Below, one piece after another: positions 63,905-64,000 of a stretch of 64,000 nt of DNA; position 1 is the stretch's first letter; every line of letters begins with the position of its first letter. The notes beneath the pieces were generated by a model. That model was not told the origin of the DNA. It was given only the letters and a program-made list of their open reading frames with translations, and made no database searches. The DNA lies in the IMG/VR virus record IMGVR_UViG_3300044614_002230, positions 1,705 through 65,704 of that record; one strand, written 5' to 3'. The position numbers and the translations under genes are program-made. Source of the stretch: a virus. Lineage: Duplodnaviria; Caudoviricetes.

Positions 63905-63976
63905 ACCTTTAGTATAGCGCGTCTTCACCGCAGGCGAAAGGGGGCAAACCGTACCGTACAGGACGGTTTACCGCCC
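63905..63976 (-). promoter_or_regulatory. Early/middle promoter cassette with two palindromic boxes
   Basis: GGGCGGTAAACCGTCC...GGTACGGTTTGCCCCC-TTTCGC-N17-TATACT-N6-ATG. Confidence 0.75.
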
Positions 63977-64000
63977 AATGCTATCAATCTTTCGGACGAT

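Noticed and set aside
1-64000. Prophage, tailocin/eCIS, alternative genetic code, tRNA genes
   Set aside because: No integrase or transposase or host flanks; capsid, portal and terminase are present; long ORFs are intact under the standard code with all three stops used; no cloverleaf recognised in the short intergenic gaps (tRNAscan would be decisive).

Overview
A 64-kb segment of a large contractile-tailed phage, most likely a cyanophage (inferred from a mitochondrial Pol-gamma-like DNA polymerase, PhoH and cyanophage-type structural motifs). Almost every real gene is on the minus strand. From right to left (direction of transcription): (i) 56-64 kb, small early/accessory genes (ArdA-like, DUF1599, HNH) behind repeated sigma70-like, apparently leaderless promoters with palindromic upstream boxes; (ii) 50.8-56.2 kb, a DNA-hypermodification cluster (TET/JBP-like dioxygenase, class II glutamine amidotransferase, amidoligase, amino acid:DNA transferase, P-loop kinase) with an antisense LMW phosphatase wedged inside it and a PD-(D/E)XK-like nuclease upstream; (iii) a GyrA/ParC-like subunit and the polymerase; (iv) 12.6-43.5 kb, a Mu-like morphogenesis module (tail chaperones with a -1 frameshift site, sheath, DUF935 portal, protease-scaffold, MuF-like protein, capsid, tube, baseplate, terminase) with a secreted tyrosinase gene inserted; (v) 2.5-11.5 kb, an array of late genes that share an N-terminal leader and the [FYH]-[SA]-E motif repeated 12 times in the protease-scaffold, including Cys-module proteins ending in a protein-kinase or HNH-like domain. 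This array is a candidate capsid-packaged, protease-matured effector system. Late genes are preceded by GGGTAAAA. No tRNA, rRNA or CRISPR array was recognised. All family assignments come from motif recognition by eye, not database searches.
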